Origin: a candidate division WWE3 bacterium RIFOXYB1_FULL_43_24
GTDB taxonomy: Bacteria > Patescibacteriota > WWE3 > UBA101185 > UBA10185
Direction: 5' to 3'
DNA: 64,000 bases
NCBI GenBank assembly: GCA_001773135.1
Contig: MEVX01000006.1
Coordinates: 26,515 to 90,514, forward strand
The notes under the pieces: generated by a model
What the model was told of the DNA's origin: nothing
What the model saw: the letters and a program-made list of their open reading frames with translations, nothing else
The model's database searches: none
Position numbers and translations under genes: made by a program
In this document: piece by piece, positions 29,318 to 38,407 of the stretch
Layout: each line of letters starts with the position of its first letter
Numbering within the stretch: position 1 is the stretch's first letter

Positions 29318-30385
29318 ATGGTTGTGTATTTAAACGACCTGAGAACAGCTCTCAGCTACGACGACGTTTTATTAGTACCCAAGACCTCTTCAATAGGGTC
29401 GAGAGGGGATATAAATCTTAATACCCGTATATCCGAAAAACTCGAACTGTCCCTTCCATTAATTTCTACAAATATGGATTCAGTGACAGGGGTAGAAATG
29501 GCGGTGGGGCTGGGGAAACTCGGGGGACTGGGCATTTTACCCAGATTCGACGCTCCCGAAGTTCAGGCTGAAAAAATTTCTAAAATAAAAAGCGCCGGGG
29601 TTTTAGCTGCAGCCTCGCTGGGGTGCAAAGAAGGGTATAAAACGGCAGCGGAACTACTGGTTAAATCCGGAGCGGACGTAATCCTGATGGACGTAGCCCA
29701 CGGACATCTCGAAAAATTTATGGAAGCAACAAAATACGTGGCCGAAAAGTACGGGAACAGCGTGACTGTAATAGCCGGCGTAATCGCCACGTACGAAGGA
29801 GCCTGCGCTCTTTTCGAATCCGGTGCTGACGCTGTAAGAGTAGGGGTAGGCCCCGGTTCCATCTGTACCACCAGAATAATGACAGGCCACGGTGTCCCTC
29901 AAATAACAGCTATCTGTGAAGCAAAAAGAGCCGCGGAAAAATACAACAAGACAATAATTGCTGATGGGGGCGCCAAAAATTCGGGCGATATCGTAAAGGC
30001 ACTCGCCGCGGGAGCATCGGCAGTAACATTGGGCAACTTATTTGCAGGAGTAGACGAGGCTCCGGGGGAAATAATTGAAATAAACGGTAAAAAATACAAA
30101 GAATATAACGGATCCACCTCAAAAAAGGAAAAGATAAGACAGATAGGGAAGTACTCTCAGGATAAAAATGAATCGTATGCCAACCATACAGAGGGCGTTG
30201 AGGCTTTGGTACCTTATAAAGGACCGCTTGGTGACGTCGTAGAAAGTCTTTTGGCGGGCGTAAAGTCAGGATTTAGTTATTCAGGCGCAAGAGATGTTCA
30301 AGAATTATGGAAAAACGCCGAATTTATCCGGGTAACTCAGGCCGGTATGCGTGAAAGCCATGCTCACGACGTAATTTTGAATTAG
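29318..30385 (+). CDS. IMP dehydrogenase/GMP reductase family protein without a CBS pair
   Basis: The active-site loop [11 protein letters not shown] and a TIM-barrel phosphate-binding GG..G motif are present. At 355 aa there is no CBS insertion, so IMPDH and GuaC cannot be told apart by eye. Confidence 0.75.
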   Translation: MVVYLNDLRTALSYDDVLLVPKTSSIGSRGDINLNTRISEKLELSLPLISTNMDSVTGVEMAVGLGKLGGLGILPRFDAPEVQAEKISKIKSAGVLAAASLGCKEGYKTAAELLVKSGADVILMDVAHGHLEKFMEATKYVAEKYGNSVTVIAGVIATYEGACALFESGADAVRVGVGPGSICTTRIMTGHGVPQITAICEAKRAAEKYNKTIIADGGAKNSGDIVKALAAGASAVTLGNLFAGVDEAPGEIIEINGKKYKEYNGSTSKKEKIRQIGKYSQDKNESYANHTEGVEALVPYKGPLGDVVESLLAGVKSGFSYSGARDVQELWKNAEFIRVTQAGMRESHAHDVILN

Positions 30386-31437
30386 TTTAGAGAAGTGATT
30401 TCTGATTCTTCTTCCGCTGACCCATCGCCTGCTTTTTCTTCATCCACGTCCTTAACATTTAATCCCGGCTTACCTTCAATATCCTTGTGGTAGAGCTTGT
30501 GAATATTCTTAAGCTGTCTATTCGTGATATGGGTGTAAATCTGTGTAGTGGAAACATTGGAGTGGCCTAATAATTCCTGCACACTTCTAAGGTCAGCACC
30601 TTCCTGAAGTAAGCCCGTGGCGTACGTGTGCCTGAGGGTATGGGGCGTAGCATCAACGGAAATGCCCGAATTTGTGACGTATTTTTTGATCATACGTTCG
30701 ACGCTTCTTACTGTGAGTCTCAACGACTCACCGTCGAAATCATCAGACTCCATGTGCTTGCCGGAATATCTTAGAAATAAGGGTTTAAAGGAATCTCCCC
30801 TGAGGCCAAGGTATCTTTTTATCCAATCTTTTGCGGCAGGTGAGAGATAAACCGTTCTTGCTTTGCGTCCTTTACCTATAACAGTGAACTCCCCGGAATT
30901 AAGATTAACATCGTCGCGGTTTAGCTTTGTGAGCTCACTTACACGTAAACCCGTGCTGTACAAAGTTTCTAAAATGGCGCGGTCCCTTATTCCCGACCTT
31001 TTGCTCAAATCCTGGCCGTCGAAAAGTCTTTTCATTTGCTCTTCGTTAAGGACTTTGGGCACACGGTCGTCAGATTTTCCAAGTATTATTTGCTCCGGAG
31101 ACATGATTTCAACCTCTGTTTCAACTACCAGATACTTTAGTAAAGCTCTTATTGCAACTAAAAAGGTCTTTTGAGTGGAACGTTTAAATTCCATATTGGA
31201 TTTGCTACTAATTCTACGGTTAAGATCGAGTCTGTACTTTTTAATATTTTCATCAGTAATGTCACCCAAGGTAACTTTTTCTTTTTTCAAAAACGCACCC
31301 AGCCATTCCAAAAAATCAGTCAGATAAAAGTGGTACATTTTTAGTGTGTTCTGCGAGAGGTTCTTTTCTATCTCACAATACTCGAGGTACTGGGTTACCA
31401 CGTCATAGAGATTTGAATCTAACGATACTTTAGTCAT
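30382..31437 (-). CDS. xerC: Tyrosine site-specific recombinase, Xer-like
   Basis: The catalytic region is HTLRHTYATGLLQEGADLRSVQELLGHSNVSTTQIYTH (R..H..R..Y tetrad). The N-terminal SAM-like core-binding domain reads YLEYCEIEKNLSQNTLKMYHFYL. An acidic C-terminal tail is present. Confidence 0.85.
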   Translation of the reverse strand: MTKVSLDSNLYDVVTQYLEYCEIEKNLSQNTLKMYHFYLTDFLEWLGAFLKKEKVTLGDITDENIKKYRLDLNRRISSKSNMEFKRSTQKTFLVAIRALLKYLVVETEVEIMSPEQIILGKSDDRVPKVLNEEQMKRLFDGQDLSKRSGIRDRAILETLYSTGLRVSELTKLNRDDVNLNSGEFTVIGKGRKARTVYLSPAAKDWIKRYLGLRGDSFKPLFLRYSGKHMESDDFDGESLRLTVRSVERMIKKYVTNSGISVDATPHTLRHTYATGLLQEGADLRSVQELLGHSNVSTTQIYTHITNRQLKNIHKLYHKDIEGKPGLNVKDVDEEKAGDGSAEEESEITSLN

Positions 31438-31810
31438 CTTTTTTAAAAAAATTTATCCTGGGGCATCCTGGAGCGTCGCTCCTTGTTTTTGCCGCAACAA
31501 CAACAAATAATGGCACAGCATCTCATGAAATGAGCCCGAATTTCATTAAGATATATAGATTATAGTACATAGAGGATGAAATATCCCAACGAACCCGGGG
31601 AGGGTAGAGAAATCAGAAAATTTTTTGGCAGGACACCGTGCGTTAAAAGTACGGGACAAGCTGATACGTGAATAATAGGGGAAAGTAATTTTTAGAAGAG
31701 ACGCCGGAAATATTATTACATAATTAAATAAAGAAATTAGAAAAATAATCCGCTCAAATTTATTAGGATATATCTATACGTGGGGCACACCGGTTTTGCC
31801 TACACGTCAC

Positions 31811-31838
31811 ACGTCGTATAATGTATGTTTAACGACGT
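31811..31838. other. dif-like recombination site candidate (11 bp arm, 6 bp centre, 11 bp arm imperfect palindrome)
   Basis: The sequence ACGTCGTATAA-TGTATG-TTTAACGACGT has arms that match at 8 of 11 positions as an inverted repeat. The inner part ATAATGTATG resembles the E. coli dif core CATAATGTATA. It lies about 375 bp upstream of the only Xer gene in the window. Confidence 0.4.
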
Positions 31839-32056
31839 TGCGTAGGGGGTTGAGCCTGTGGCATGGCAGAAACAAAATATAAGACACATATTAGGAGAGA
31901 AGATAAAAGTATAAAAAATAAACGCATAAGATTTATTTAATATTTTTAATTACCGAATATTTATTAATATAATTTATTAAAAGAAAATAATAAAACTCTT
32001 TGTCTTCCGGATGATCTGATTTATTAAATCCTATTTACCGAGCCCGGGCTTCTGAG

Positions 32057-32065
32057 TTATCCACA
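32057..32065 (+). promoter_or_regulatory. Perfect DnaA-box consensus TTATCCACA (single copy)
   Basis: Seen directly. No second high-quality box was found nearby. Confidence 0.3.
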
Positions 32066-32081
32066 CCCCCACCCCACTGAA

Positions 32082-32258
32082 AAGTATGACAATCGTGCAG
32101 AACGTTGTTAATACAACAAATACTGTCATAAAATGAACAGTTTATTTGCTCAGATGTATGACAAACGTCCATAAATATATGTCAATCGTACAGCTATGCG
32201 GACGATATTAGCACCCTATAGTATTGGTTGATAGGAAATATGACAAACTACCCTATAG
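32082..32258. repeat. Cluster of four direct copies and one inverted copy of an ATGACAA(T/A)CGT-like motif
   Basis: The copies are tATGACAATCGTgCAG (32084), TGTCAT (inverted, 32124), tATGACAAaCGTcCAT (32157), tATGTCAATCGTaCAG (32179) and ATGACAAaCTAccctatag (32240). A second motif, ACCCTATAGT, occurs twice (32213 and 32250). Confidence 0.6.
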
Positions 32259-32291
32259 TTCTTCTCTACTTCACTCACCTACTACCCGATG

Positions 32292-33113
32292 TTAAGGCCT
32301 GAATATCAACATTAAAACGAGAAAGAACATTGTAATAAATGCGTACTGAAATATAAATTTCTTATTAATTTCGTTTTTTAAATAAGCGCTTACGTAGCTA
32401 AGCCCGAACATAGCTATTGATGATGTAAATAACGCTTTAAGAAAAGGTTCGGAGGGAACGAAAGAAACTCCTATCACGCCGGCAAAAACGAAGAAAAACA
32501 CAATAAGGGATAAAAATATCCTCTCCGCTACCCCGGCATTCTTTGCATCTTTGTCGTACCTGGTAACCCATATCTGATATAAAGAATAAAAAAATGATAA
32601 AACAGCTACGGCAGCCGCCTGATAAAAACTACTAACATTAAATTTGTAAACGGAGGCAACAAGGGGTATCAAAACTATGATTTGCAAAATGAGACTCCAC
32701 GTAACCGCAACCCTATAAAGAGGAATTACTTCTTCTCTATCCTCAATCACCAAAAAAACGTTATTAATTAGTAAAATAACATAATCCAGAAATGAGAAAG
32801 CAACTATCGCGGATAATTTAAATATCAAACTTATATTAGGAAAAAACAGTAAAGCCAGGGTGCCCCCTAAAGCAAGGTTCATGGGGAGTAGAACTGCCAT
32901 AAAAATATTTTTGTATGTCACGTTCGGGTAATGTACAAGTATAACCGAAAAACCTGTAACAAAAAGCATTGCGAAATAAAGCCTGAGGTTTTCAAATGGG
33001 ATAAACCCGCCGCTATGTAAGAACAATATAGCCCCGTAAAATGCAGCGTGTATTGCGAACCTGTACTTCTTCTCTACTTTCTGAGTTAGACTTTGCGTAA
33101 TAGTACGGATCAT
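32292..33113 (-). CDS. Polytopic membrane protein of unknown function
   Basis: A 273 aa protein with at least seven hydrophobic helices. Its start overlaps the ruvC stop as ATGA. Confidence 0.5.
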   Translation of the reverse strand: MIRTITQSLTQKVEKKYRFAIHAAFYGAILFLHSGGFIPFENLRLYFAMLFVTGFSVILVHYPNVTYKNIFMAVLLPMNLALGGTLALLFFPNISLIFKLSAIVAFSFLDYVILLINNVFLVIEDREEVIPLYRVAVTWSLILQIIVLIPLVASVYKFNVSSFYQAAAVAVLSFFYSLYQIWVTRYDKDAKNAGVAERIFLSLIVFFFVFAGVIGVSFVPSEPFLKALFTSSIAMFGLSYVSAYLKNEINKKFIFQYAFITMFFLVLMLIFRP

Positions 33114-33592
33114 TTCTTGGATTCTCCCTTTTTAACGTAACATAGTGCCATAGCTACAGCATCGTTTGCATCGTCAGATTTCACTATAGCGTCTAGTTCC
33201 AGTGTATCTTTAACGGCTTCCTGCATGACTTTTTTGTCGGATCTACCGTACCCGGTCAATACAAGTTTAGCTTCTAGTGCCGTGTACTCATGTATCCGCG
33301 TCTTAGTACGTGCTGCCGACAGCAGTATTACTCCCCTAGCCTGCCCTACTGCTATGGCAGTTTTGGCATTGGTGTTGAAAAAAATTCTCTCAACTACGAT
33401 GACATCGGGTGAATATTTATCAATAAGCTCCAAAAGGTTTTCGTATAAATAAAGAAGCCGGTCCTGTAACTCTGATTCTTTCGCAGTGACAAAAACACCT
33501 GAGACCACCAAAGATAAACCGCCCTTTCCCTTCTCCTTGATTATTCCATACCCGAGTCTTGCGGTTCCGGGGTCTATACCCAAAATGACCAT
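33110..33592 (-). CDS. ruvC: Holliday junction resolvase RuvC
   Basis: The protein begins MVILGIDPGTARLGYGII and is 160 aa with conserved acidic catalytic residues. Confidence 0.85.
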   Translation of the reverse strand: MVILGIDPGTARLGYGIIKEKGKGGLSLVVSGVFVTAKESELQDRLLYLYENLLELIDKYSPDVIVVERIFFNTNAKTAIAVGQARGVILLSAARTKTRIHEYTALEAKLVLTGYGRSDKKVMQEAVKDTLELDAIVKSDDANDAVAMALCYVKKGESKK

Positions 33593-33595
33593 TGT

Positions 33596-34138
33596 CTATT
33601 CTTCCGGCAGGACGAAATTTACATACACGTCCTGGACATCGTCGTGGTCATCCAGTTCTTCCAAAAGAGATTCCAATTTCGCAGCATATTTGACGTCGTT
33701 AATCTCCAAAGAGTATGCAGGACTCTCGGGGTCGGGATTAAAAATGTAGGCAGTACTTCCCGCACCTCCCAGTGACCCACCGGCTTTACTGAAAATATTC
33801 CTAATCTCTGAAACTGTCCTATTCTTGTTATCTGTCAAAGATAAAATATAAAAAGCCTCGCCTCCGGGGCCGAAACCCTCGTAAGTAGCTTCCGAATAAC
33901 TCTCTCCCCCGCCCTGTCCAGATCCTTTGGCGATAGCCTTATCAATGTTTTCCTTTGGCATTCTTGCCTCTTTGGCTTTTTCGATTGCTATTCTTAAGGG
34001 GGCGTTAGAGTCAGGATCCGCACCATTGCGCGCTGCCACACTAATAAGACGGCTCATCTTTGAAAAGACTTTGCCTTTCTTAGCATCCGTAACTTCCTTT
34101 TTCCTCTTGATATTTGCCCATTTGGAGTGTCCCGACAT
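33596..34138 (-). CDS. yebC: YebC/PmpR family DNA-binding regulatory protein, short form
   Basis: The start is taken at MSGHSKWANIKRKK, the canonical YebC N-terminus. The protein is about 181 aa. The longer track ORF is an upstream read-through without a plausible start. Confidence 0.8.
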   Translation of the reverse strand: MSGHSKWANIKRKKEVTDAKKGKVFSKMSRLISVAARNGADPDSNAPLRIAIEKAKEARMPKENIDKAIAKGSGQGGGESYSEATYEGFGPGGEAFYILSLTDNKNRTVSEIRNIFSKAGGSLGGAGSTAYIFNPDPESPAYSLEINDVKYAAKLESLLEELDDHDDVQDVYVNFVLPEE

Positions 34139-34199
34139 ACCTGCTATATTAGCATTTTTTCCGATTGACAAAAACTTTATATTTATTATCCTTGTAGGC

Positions 34200-34892
34200 A
34201 TGCAATTAAGCCTCGCTATACTGAGCAAGAAGGCGATAGAAGCCGCGCTGAGCCTTAACTGGGAAAAAGCAATAGAATTAAACTCCCAAATTCTAGAAAA
34301 ATACCCTAACAACCTGGAAACAAAAATCAGGTTAGGAAGGGCGTTGATACAATCAAAACAATTTGAGAAGGCTAAAAGAATATTTAAAGAAGTTCTGGCC
34401 GTAGATCCTATAAATGCAGTAGCTTTGAAAAACCTTGAAGTAGCTAAAGCTAAAAAGATTGATACAAAGCACGAAAACGGCGTAAACTCGAACCATCTCC
34501 TTAAAGAGCCGGGCACAACCGTAGAAGTAGTTGCCAACATCAACTGCAAAGGTGTAACAGGAAGAGATTTCACTATCGGAGAGTGCCTTAAATTCAAAAT
34601 AAAAAAGAAAAACATTGACGTCTACAAATGTAAAAAAGACAAAGAAATATTGGTCTCGGTGTTAGAAGACAAAGAGATTGTCTCCAGATTGAACAAGGCA
34701 GCGGAGATACGCGCGGACGTTAGTGGTTATGTAGTAAGGGCAGCAGACAAGTCTCTTACTATGATAATCAAATCATCTATCCCGGTTTTTCGTGGTGAAA
34801 AACAAGACATAAGACCTTACATAAAGAAGGGTCTGGACGACATAGATTTTGAAGACGAGGAATCCGGGGAAGAAGAGACAATCGAGGAATAA
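34200..34892 (+). CDS. TPR-repeat protein with an acidic C-terminal tail
   Basis: The start is taken at MQLSLAIL. TPR-like helices (WEKAIELNSQILEKYPNN...AKRIFKEVLAVDPINAVALKNL) are followed by a tail EDEESGEEETIEE. Confidence 0.5.
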   Translation: MQLSLAILSKKAIEAALSLNWEKAIELNSQILEKYPNNLETKIRLGRALIQSKQFEKAKRIFKEVLAVDPINAVALKNLEVAKAKKIDTKHENGVNSNHLLKEPGTTVEVVANINCKGVTGRDFTIGECLKFKIKKKNIDVYKCKKDKEILVSVLEDKEIVSRLNKAAEIRADVSGYVVRAADKSLTMIIKSSIPVFRGEKQDIRPYIKKGLDDIDFEDEESGEEETIEE

Positions 34893-34893
34893 T

Positions 34894-35718
34894 TTACCTC
34901 AAATCATCATCATCCATTATATTTGCAACAAATTCTTTTTGATTTTTTTGCGGTTCGGCAGCCGGTTTAGACTCGATTTTGGCTTGTTTTTGTCCGGATT
35001 TAACTTCCGGCTTAACAATTGTTTTCGGCTTAACAAGAGTTTCTATTTTCTTCTCCACCGGCTTAGGTGCATCTCTAACTTCGGGTTTTTTCATTTCAGG
35101 TTTTTTAGTCTCCACGACTTTTACTTTTATTTCGTTATCGGCCTTTTTGATAGACGGGGAAACTGGAGCCTCTTTTCTCTTCTGATCTTGCGGAGCTTCC
35201 GGTAATTTTTCTTTCTCAAGATAGTCCAGGGCGGCGTACGTCGCATTAAGCGCGTTCTCGGGCACATAAGCCACAGCTTTATCATTTAACTCCGCCTTGT
35301 GGAATTCTGCCGCTATATCCGACACTTTATAAGTGCCTCCGTCGGAAAGAAAATACCATTTTCCTTCTTTCTTGGATAAAATTCCCTCCAGCCTTTTCCT
35401 GGGAACTTTGTCGATCTGCTTAAACAGCTTCTTGCCGTCTTCTTCTATCATTTTAAGCGTATCCCCGAAAACTATTCTTGATTTGGCGGCATAGTTTGCC
35501 GGCACTTCATATTTTGAACCGTCTTCTCCCACCAGATAAAAACCATCAAAATACCCCGAAACTCCGGGCATCTCTTTATACATTTCTTTTCTTTTTTCTT
35601 TATCTATGTTGTCTAAAATACGGGATATCTTTTCCAGGTTGCTGTGCGTTAAAGCAACTATTTTTCTTAAATCTTCTATACCTTTTTCGGATATTGAATC
35701 TAATTCGTTTTCAGCCAT
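34894..35718 (-). CDS. Hypothetical protein with a Lys/Pro/Glu-rich repetitive C-terminal tail
   Basis: A 274 aa protein with an N-terminal globular domain of about 180 aa. It ends in a tail of the form KKPEMKKPEVRDAPKPVEKKIETLVKPKTIVKPEVK. It is the last gene of the LCP-like / ATPase operon. Confidence 0.5.
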   Translation of the reverse strand: MAENELDSISEKGIEDLRKIVALTHSNLEKISRILDNIDKEKRKEMYKEMPGVSGYFDGFYLVGEDGSKYEVPANYAAKSRIVFGDTLKMIEEDGKKLFKQIDKVPRKRLEGILSKKEGKWYFLSDGGTYKVSDIAAEFHKAELNDKAVAYVPENALNATYAALDYLEKEKLPEAPQDQKRKEAPVSPSIKKADNEIKVKVVETKKPEMKKPEVRDAPKPVEKKIETLVKPKTIVKPEVKSGQKQAKIESKPAAEPQKNQKEFVANIMDDDDLR

Positions 35719-35731
35719 TTTCTTCCCTTCC

Positions 35732-38407
35732 TTAAATTAATTGTCCCCCGGAAATATCTTTGTCCAAGGGAATCTCGGTCGTACCCGCGTTCTTACCTTC
35801 CTTGTCTTTATATTCTTGTGCAATTGCCATACCTTTGTCAAATTTTGCTTCTACCCACTTATTTATCTTACTTTCCACGTACTCGCGCGGCACTCCGTAT
35901 TTCTCGCGGCTTCTTTGTATTACCTTTTCCCTGTTAGCTGTTTTGGGCAGTAAAAAGTCTTTCTCGAACGGTACCAATATTCTGGCAGAAAACGGATGCG
36001 AGGTCATACCATCCTTCATTAGTTTCATATAGACCTGGAAACGCTCCAGGGAGATTATGTCCTCGGCATTGAAATACGGTGCAAACTCACTGGCAAGCTC
36101 CTTTGCGTCAGGGGCGCCTAAAGAAAATGCCATAATAGTGCCGACATTACCGAAAACCGATTTTAACAATTCCTCCGGCAACTGCGCGGTAAACTGATGT
36201 GTAAGATATAAACCCAGCTTATATTTCCTGGATTCGGACAACACTTCTTCAAAACTTCCGGTGGCAAAATTCTGGAACTCATCCACATAGAGGTAAAACG
36301 GGCGACGGTCGTCGTAAGGTATTTTGGCTCTTTGGAGTGCGTAAAACTGTATACGTGAAACAAGTAACGCACCGAGAAGATTGGCATTGTCACTTCCGAT
36401 CTTTCCTTTCGAAAGATTCATCAGAAGAATCTTTCCCGAGTTCATAGCATCCCAAATGTCCAGGGTGGATTTCTTCTGCCCCAAAATGTTTCTTATCGTA
36501 GTAGAAGCCAAAAATCTGTTAACTTTATTTTGGATAGGCGATATTGCCTCTGTAACAAGCTTTTGATTTCCTTTCATTTCTTTAAATTCGGTTTCCCAGA
36601 ACTTCACAACCACGGGGTCTTTCACAAAGTGAAGTATGTAATTTTGGTAGTTCTTATCTTCCAGCAGACGGGTTATCCCGAGCATATTAGTACCCGGAAC
36701 CTCTAGAAGGGTGAGAATTGCATAGTTTAATAGATATTCCAACCTTGGCCCCCACGAGTAATCAAAATGCTGTTTAATTGCGTCCACAAGACCCGAAGCC
36801 ATCAGATTCTTATTGGAAGGGTCATCTATCTCAAGTAGATTTAAACCTATCGGGAGCTCGGTGTCGGAAGGATCAAAATATACAACATCCTCAATTCTGT
36901 TGTCAGGAATTCTATCTAAAACTCTTTCGATAGTTTCGCCGTGCGGATCAAGTACCCCTACTCCCGCTCCTGCAGCTATATCCTGAGCAACCATAGATTC
37001 AAAAAGAGAGGATTTACCCGTACCCGACTTCCCTATCACGTAAAGGTGCCTCAATCTGTCATCGTTGTTCTTTAAACCAAAACGAACCTTTTTATCTCTA
37101 AAAGTAGTTTCTCCTATATAGACACAATTTTCAGTAGGAAGGTCTGCGGGCGGTTCCGATTTTCTTGAGTAAACCCAAGGTATGTTTGGCGTGTCTATTG
37201 CTGCCGACGGAAAGTGAAAGAATGTAGCAAGCTCCTCGGAGTTCAACAGTAAAAGTTTATCCTCATCCATCACCCGGTTACACATCATGCCCAAATAATG
37301 AGACTTATTTGATACCCTGTCGGCTAAAAATGCGTTGTTGGCTGTAGAAGAGTATTGTTTGAGCACTGCTAAGGAAGATCTTAAATTATTATCAATCCTG
37401 TCGTGGTCTGTTCCCGTCGCCATAACACGAACGTTGGTCTCGAAACCCATGTGAGACAATTTATTTTCAATTGCCCTGAGTTCCATTTCGGTAGAGAGTG
37501 CTAGTTTTATCTGGGGTTTTGCCATTGCTCTTGAGTCGTCAACCCTCTCTTTATATTGGAAAATTCCGGTGGCAGCACCTGCAGCAAACTCATTAAATTC
37601 CTTTGCTGTAATTTTCAGGAAATTTGAGAAAAATCCACCTCCCCCTGATGACGAAACACCCGTCTCTCTTACTTTCTGTACATAATCAAAACCTTCCTTT
37701 TGCCACGTATCCGCAACCGGTCTAATAACAAACTGGAACCAAATCTCCTCATTATCGCCGACGGAAGAAATAGCGGAAGTCAGAGCACTCATGGTGTCTA
37801 TTTCAAAATCACGGAAACTTTTTATGGGGAAAAAGTAAGGCCGGGCAAAATCAATTGTGGCGATTTCATATTGTTTTGAAGTATTTTTGAATCTCACTGC
37901 GTGATCAGGGACAGCTTTGACATGGGCGCCGGGGAACTGGGCATAAACCTGGCTTTCCACGAATTTAATGATTTCCCGGGGACACGTATAATAGAAACGG
38001 ATACCGTCGGAGGTAGAAGATACAATTTCAAAAGATAAATATTCTTGATTTACAGGCTTTTCACGTAACAACCCATGCAGAGCTGCGAACATGCTTTCGG
38101 CCGCTAAAGAAGCTCTGGTAGGCGATATATCGGCAATTTCCTCATTTTTGCTCAGCTGAACCTCAAAAACCTCAAAACTGCTTTCGTCCTGCAAAGTGTC
38201 ATTTATAAGCGTAGCATCAATACTTTCGCTATTAGATCGGCTTTTTAAAAAGATTACAAATACCACTATAAGGAAGCAGATTGCTGTTATTACGATGTAA
38301 GTTAGAAACATGTCCTGAAATATATAATCCCCCGCCCTTATTTGGGACGGGGGTAGAAAGGAGAGAGTACTAGGCATTATGTTAGTACAAAGAGTCCGCA
38401 GTGTCAA
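35732..38407 (-). CDS. Membrane-anchored P-loop ATPase of the FtsK/HerA/VirB4 (AAA_10-like) superfamily
   Basis: An 891 aa protein with one N-terminal TM (YIVITAICFLIVVFVIFL). Walker A (HLYVIGKSGTGKSS, about residue 460) is followed by VLDPHGE. Walker B is FYLYVDEFQNF, followed by RKYKLGLYLTHQFTAQL (arginine-finger/sensor block of the TraG/VirB4/HerA type). The position of the P-loop in the C-terminal half favours a VirB4/TrbE-like architecture. Confidence 0.6.
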   Translation of the reverse strand: MTLRTLCTNIMPSTLSFLPPSQIRAGDYIFQDMFLTYIVITAICFLIVVFVIFLKSRSNSESIDATLINDTLQDESSFEVFEVQLSKNEEIADISPTRASLAAESMFAALHGLLREKPVNQEYLSFEIVSSTSDGIRFYYTCPREIIKFVESQVYAQFPGAHVKAVPDHAVRFKNTSKQYEIATIDFARPYFFPIKSFRDFEIDTMSALTSAISSVGDNEEIWFQFVIRPVADTWQKEGFDYVQKVRETGVSSSGGGGFFSNFLKITAKEFNEFAAGAATGIFQYKERVDDSRAMAKPQIKLALSTEMELRAIENKLSHMGFETNVRVMATGTDHDRIDNNLRSSLAVLKQYSSTANNAFLADRVSNKSHYLGMMCNRVMDEDKLLLLNSEELATFFHFPSAAIDTPNIPWVYSRKSEPPADLPTENCVYIGETTFRDKKVRFGLKNNDDRLRHLYVIGKSGTGKSSLFESMVAQDIAAGAGVGVLDPHGETIERVLDRIPDNRIEDVVYFDPSDTELPIGLNLLEIDDPSNKNLMASGLVDAIKQHFDYSWGPRLEYLLNYAILTLLEVPGTNMLGITRLLEDKNYQNYILHFVKDPVVVKFWETEFKEMKGNQKLVTEAISPIQNKVNRFLASTTIRNILGQKKSTLDIWDAMNSGKILLMNLSKGKIGSDNANLLGALLVSRIQFYALQRAKIPYDDRRPFYLYVDEFQNFATGSFEEVLSESRKYKLGLYLTHQFTAQLPEELLKSVFGNVGTIMAFSLGAPDAKELASEFAPYFNAEDIISLERFQVYMKLMKDGMTSHPFSARILVPFEKDFLLPKTANREKVIQRSREKYGVPREYVESKINKWVEAKFDKGMAIAQEYKDKEGKNAGTTEIPLDKDISGGQLI

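Noticed and set aside
30382-31437. Xer-like recombinase as the integrase of an integrated mobile element targeting a tRNA
   Set aside because: The nearest tRNA is 10 kb away, and no direct repeats were seen flanking the region. The N-terminal domain is the XerC/D core-binding type. The adjacent dif-like palindrome gives a simpler explanation.
32057-32065. The DnaA box TTATCCACA as evidence of oriC
   Set aside because: It is a single box with no cluster, and no dnaA or dnaN nearby. The neighbouring dif-like site and convergent gene orientation argue for a terminus and against an origin.
33596-34615. 339 aa ORF on the minus strand overlapping the TPR gene
   Set aside because: Only the C-terminal 181 aa match YebC, starting with the canonical MSGHSKWANIKRKK. 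The upstream 158 codons are low-complexity read-through, antisense to the TPR gene.
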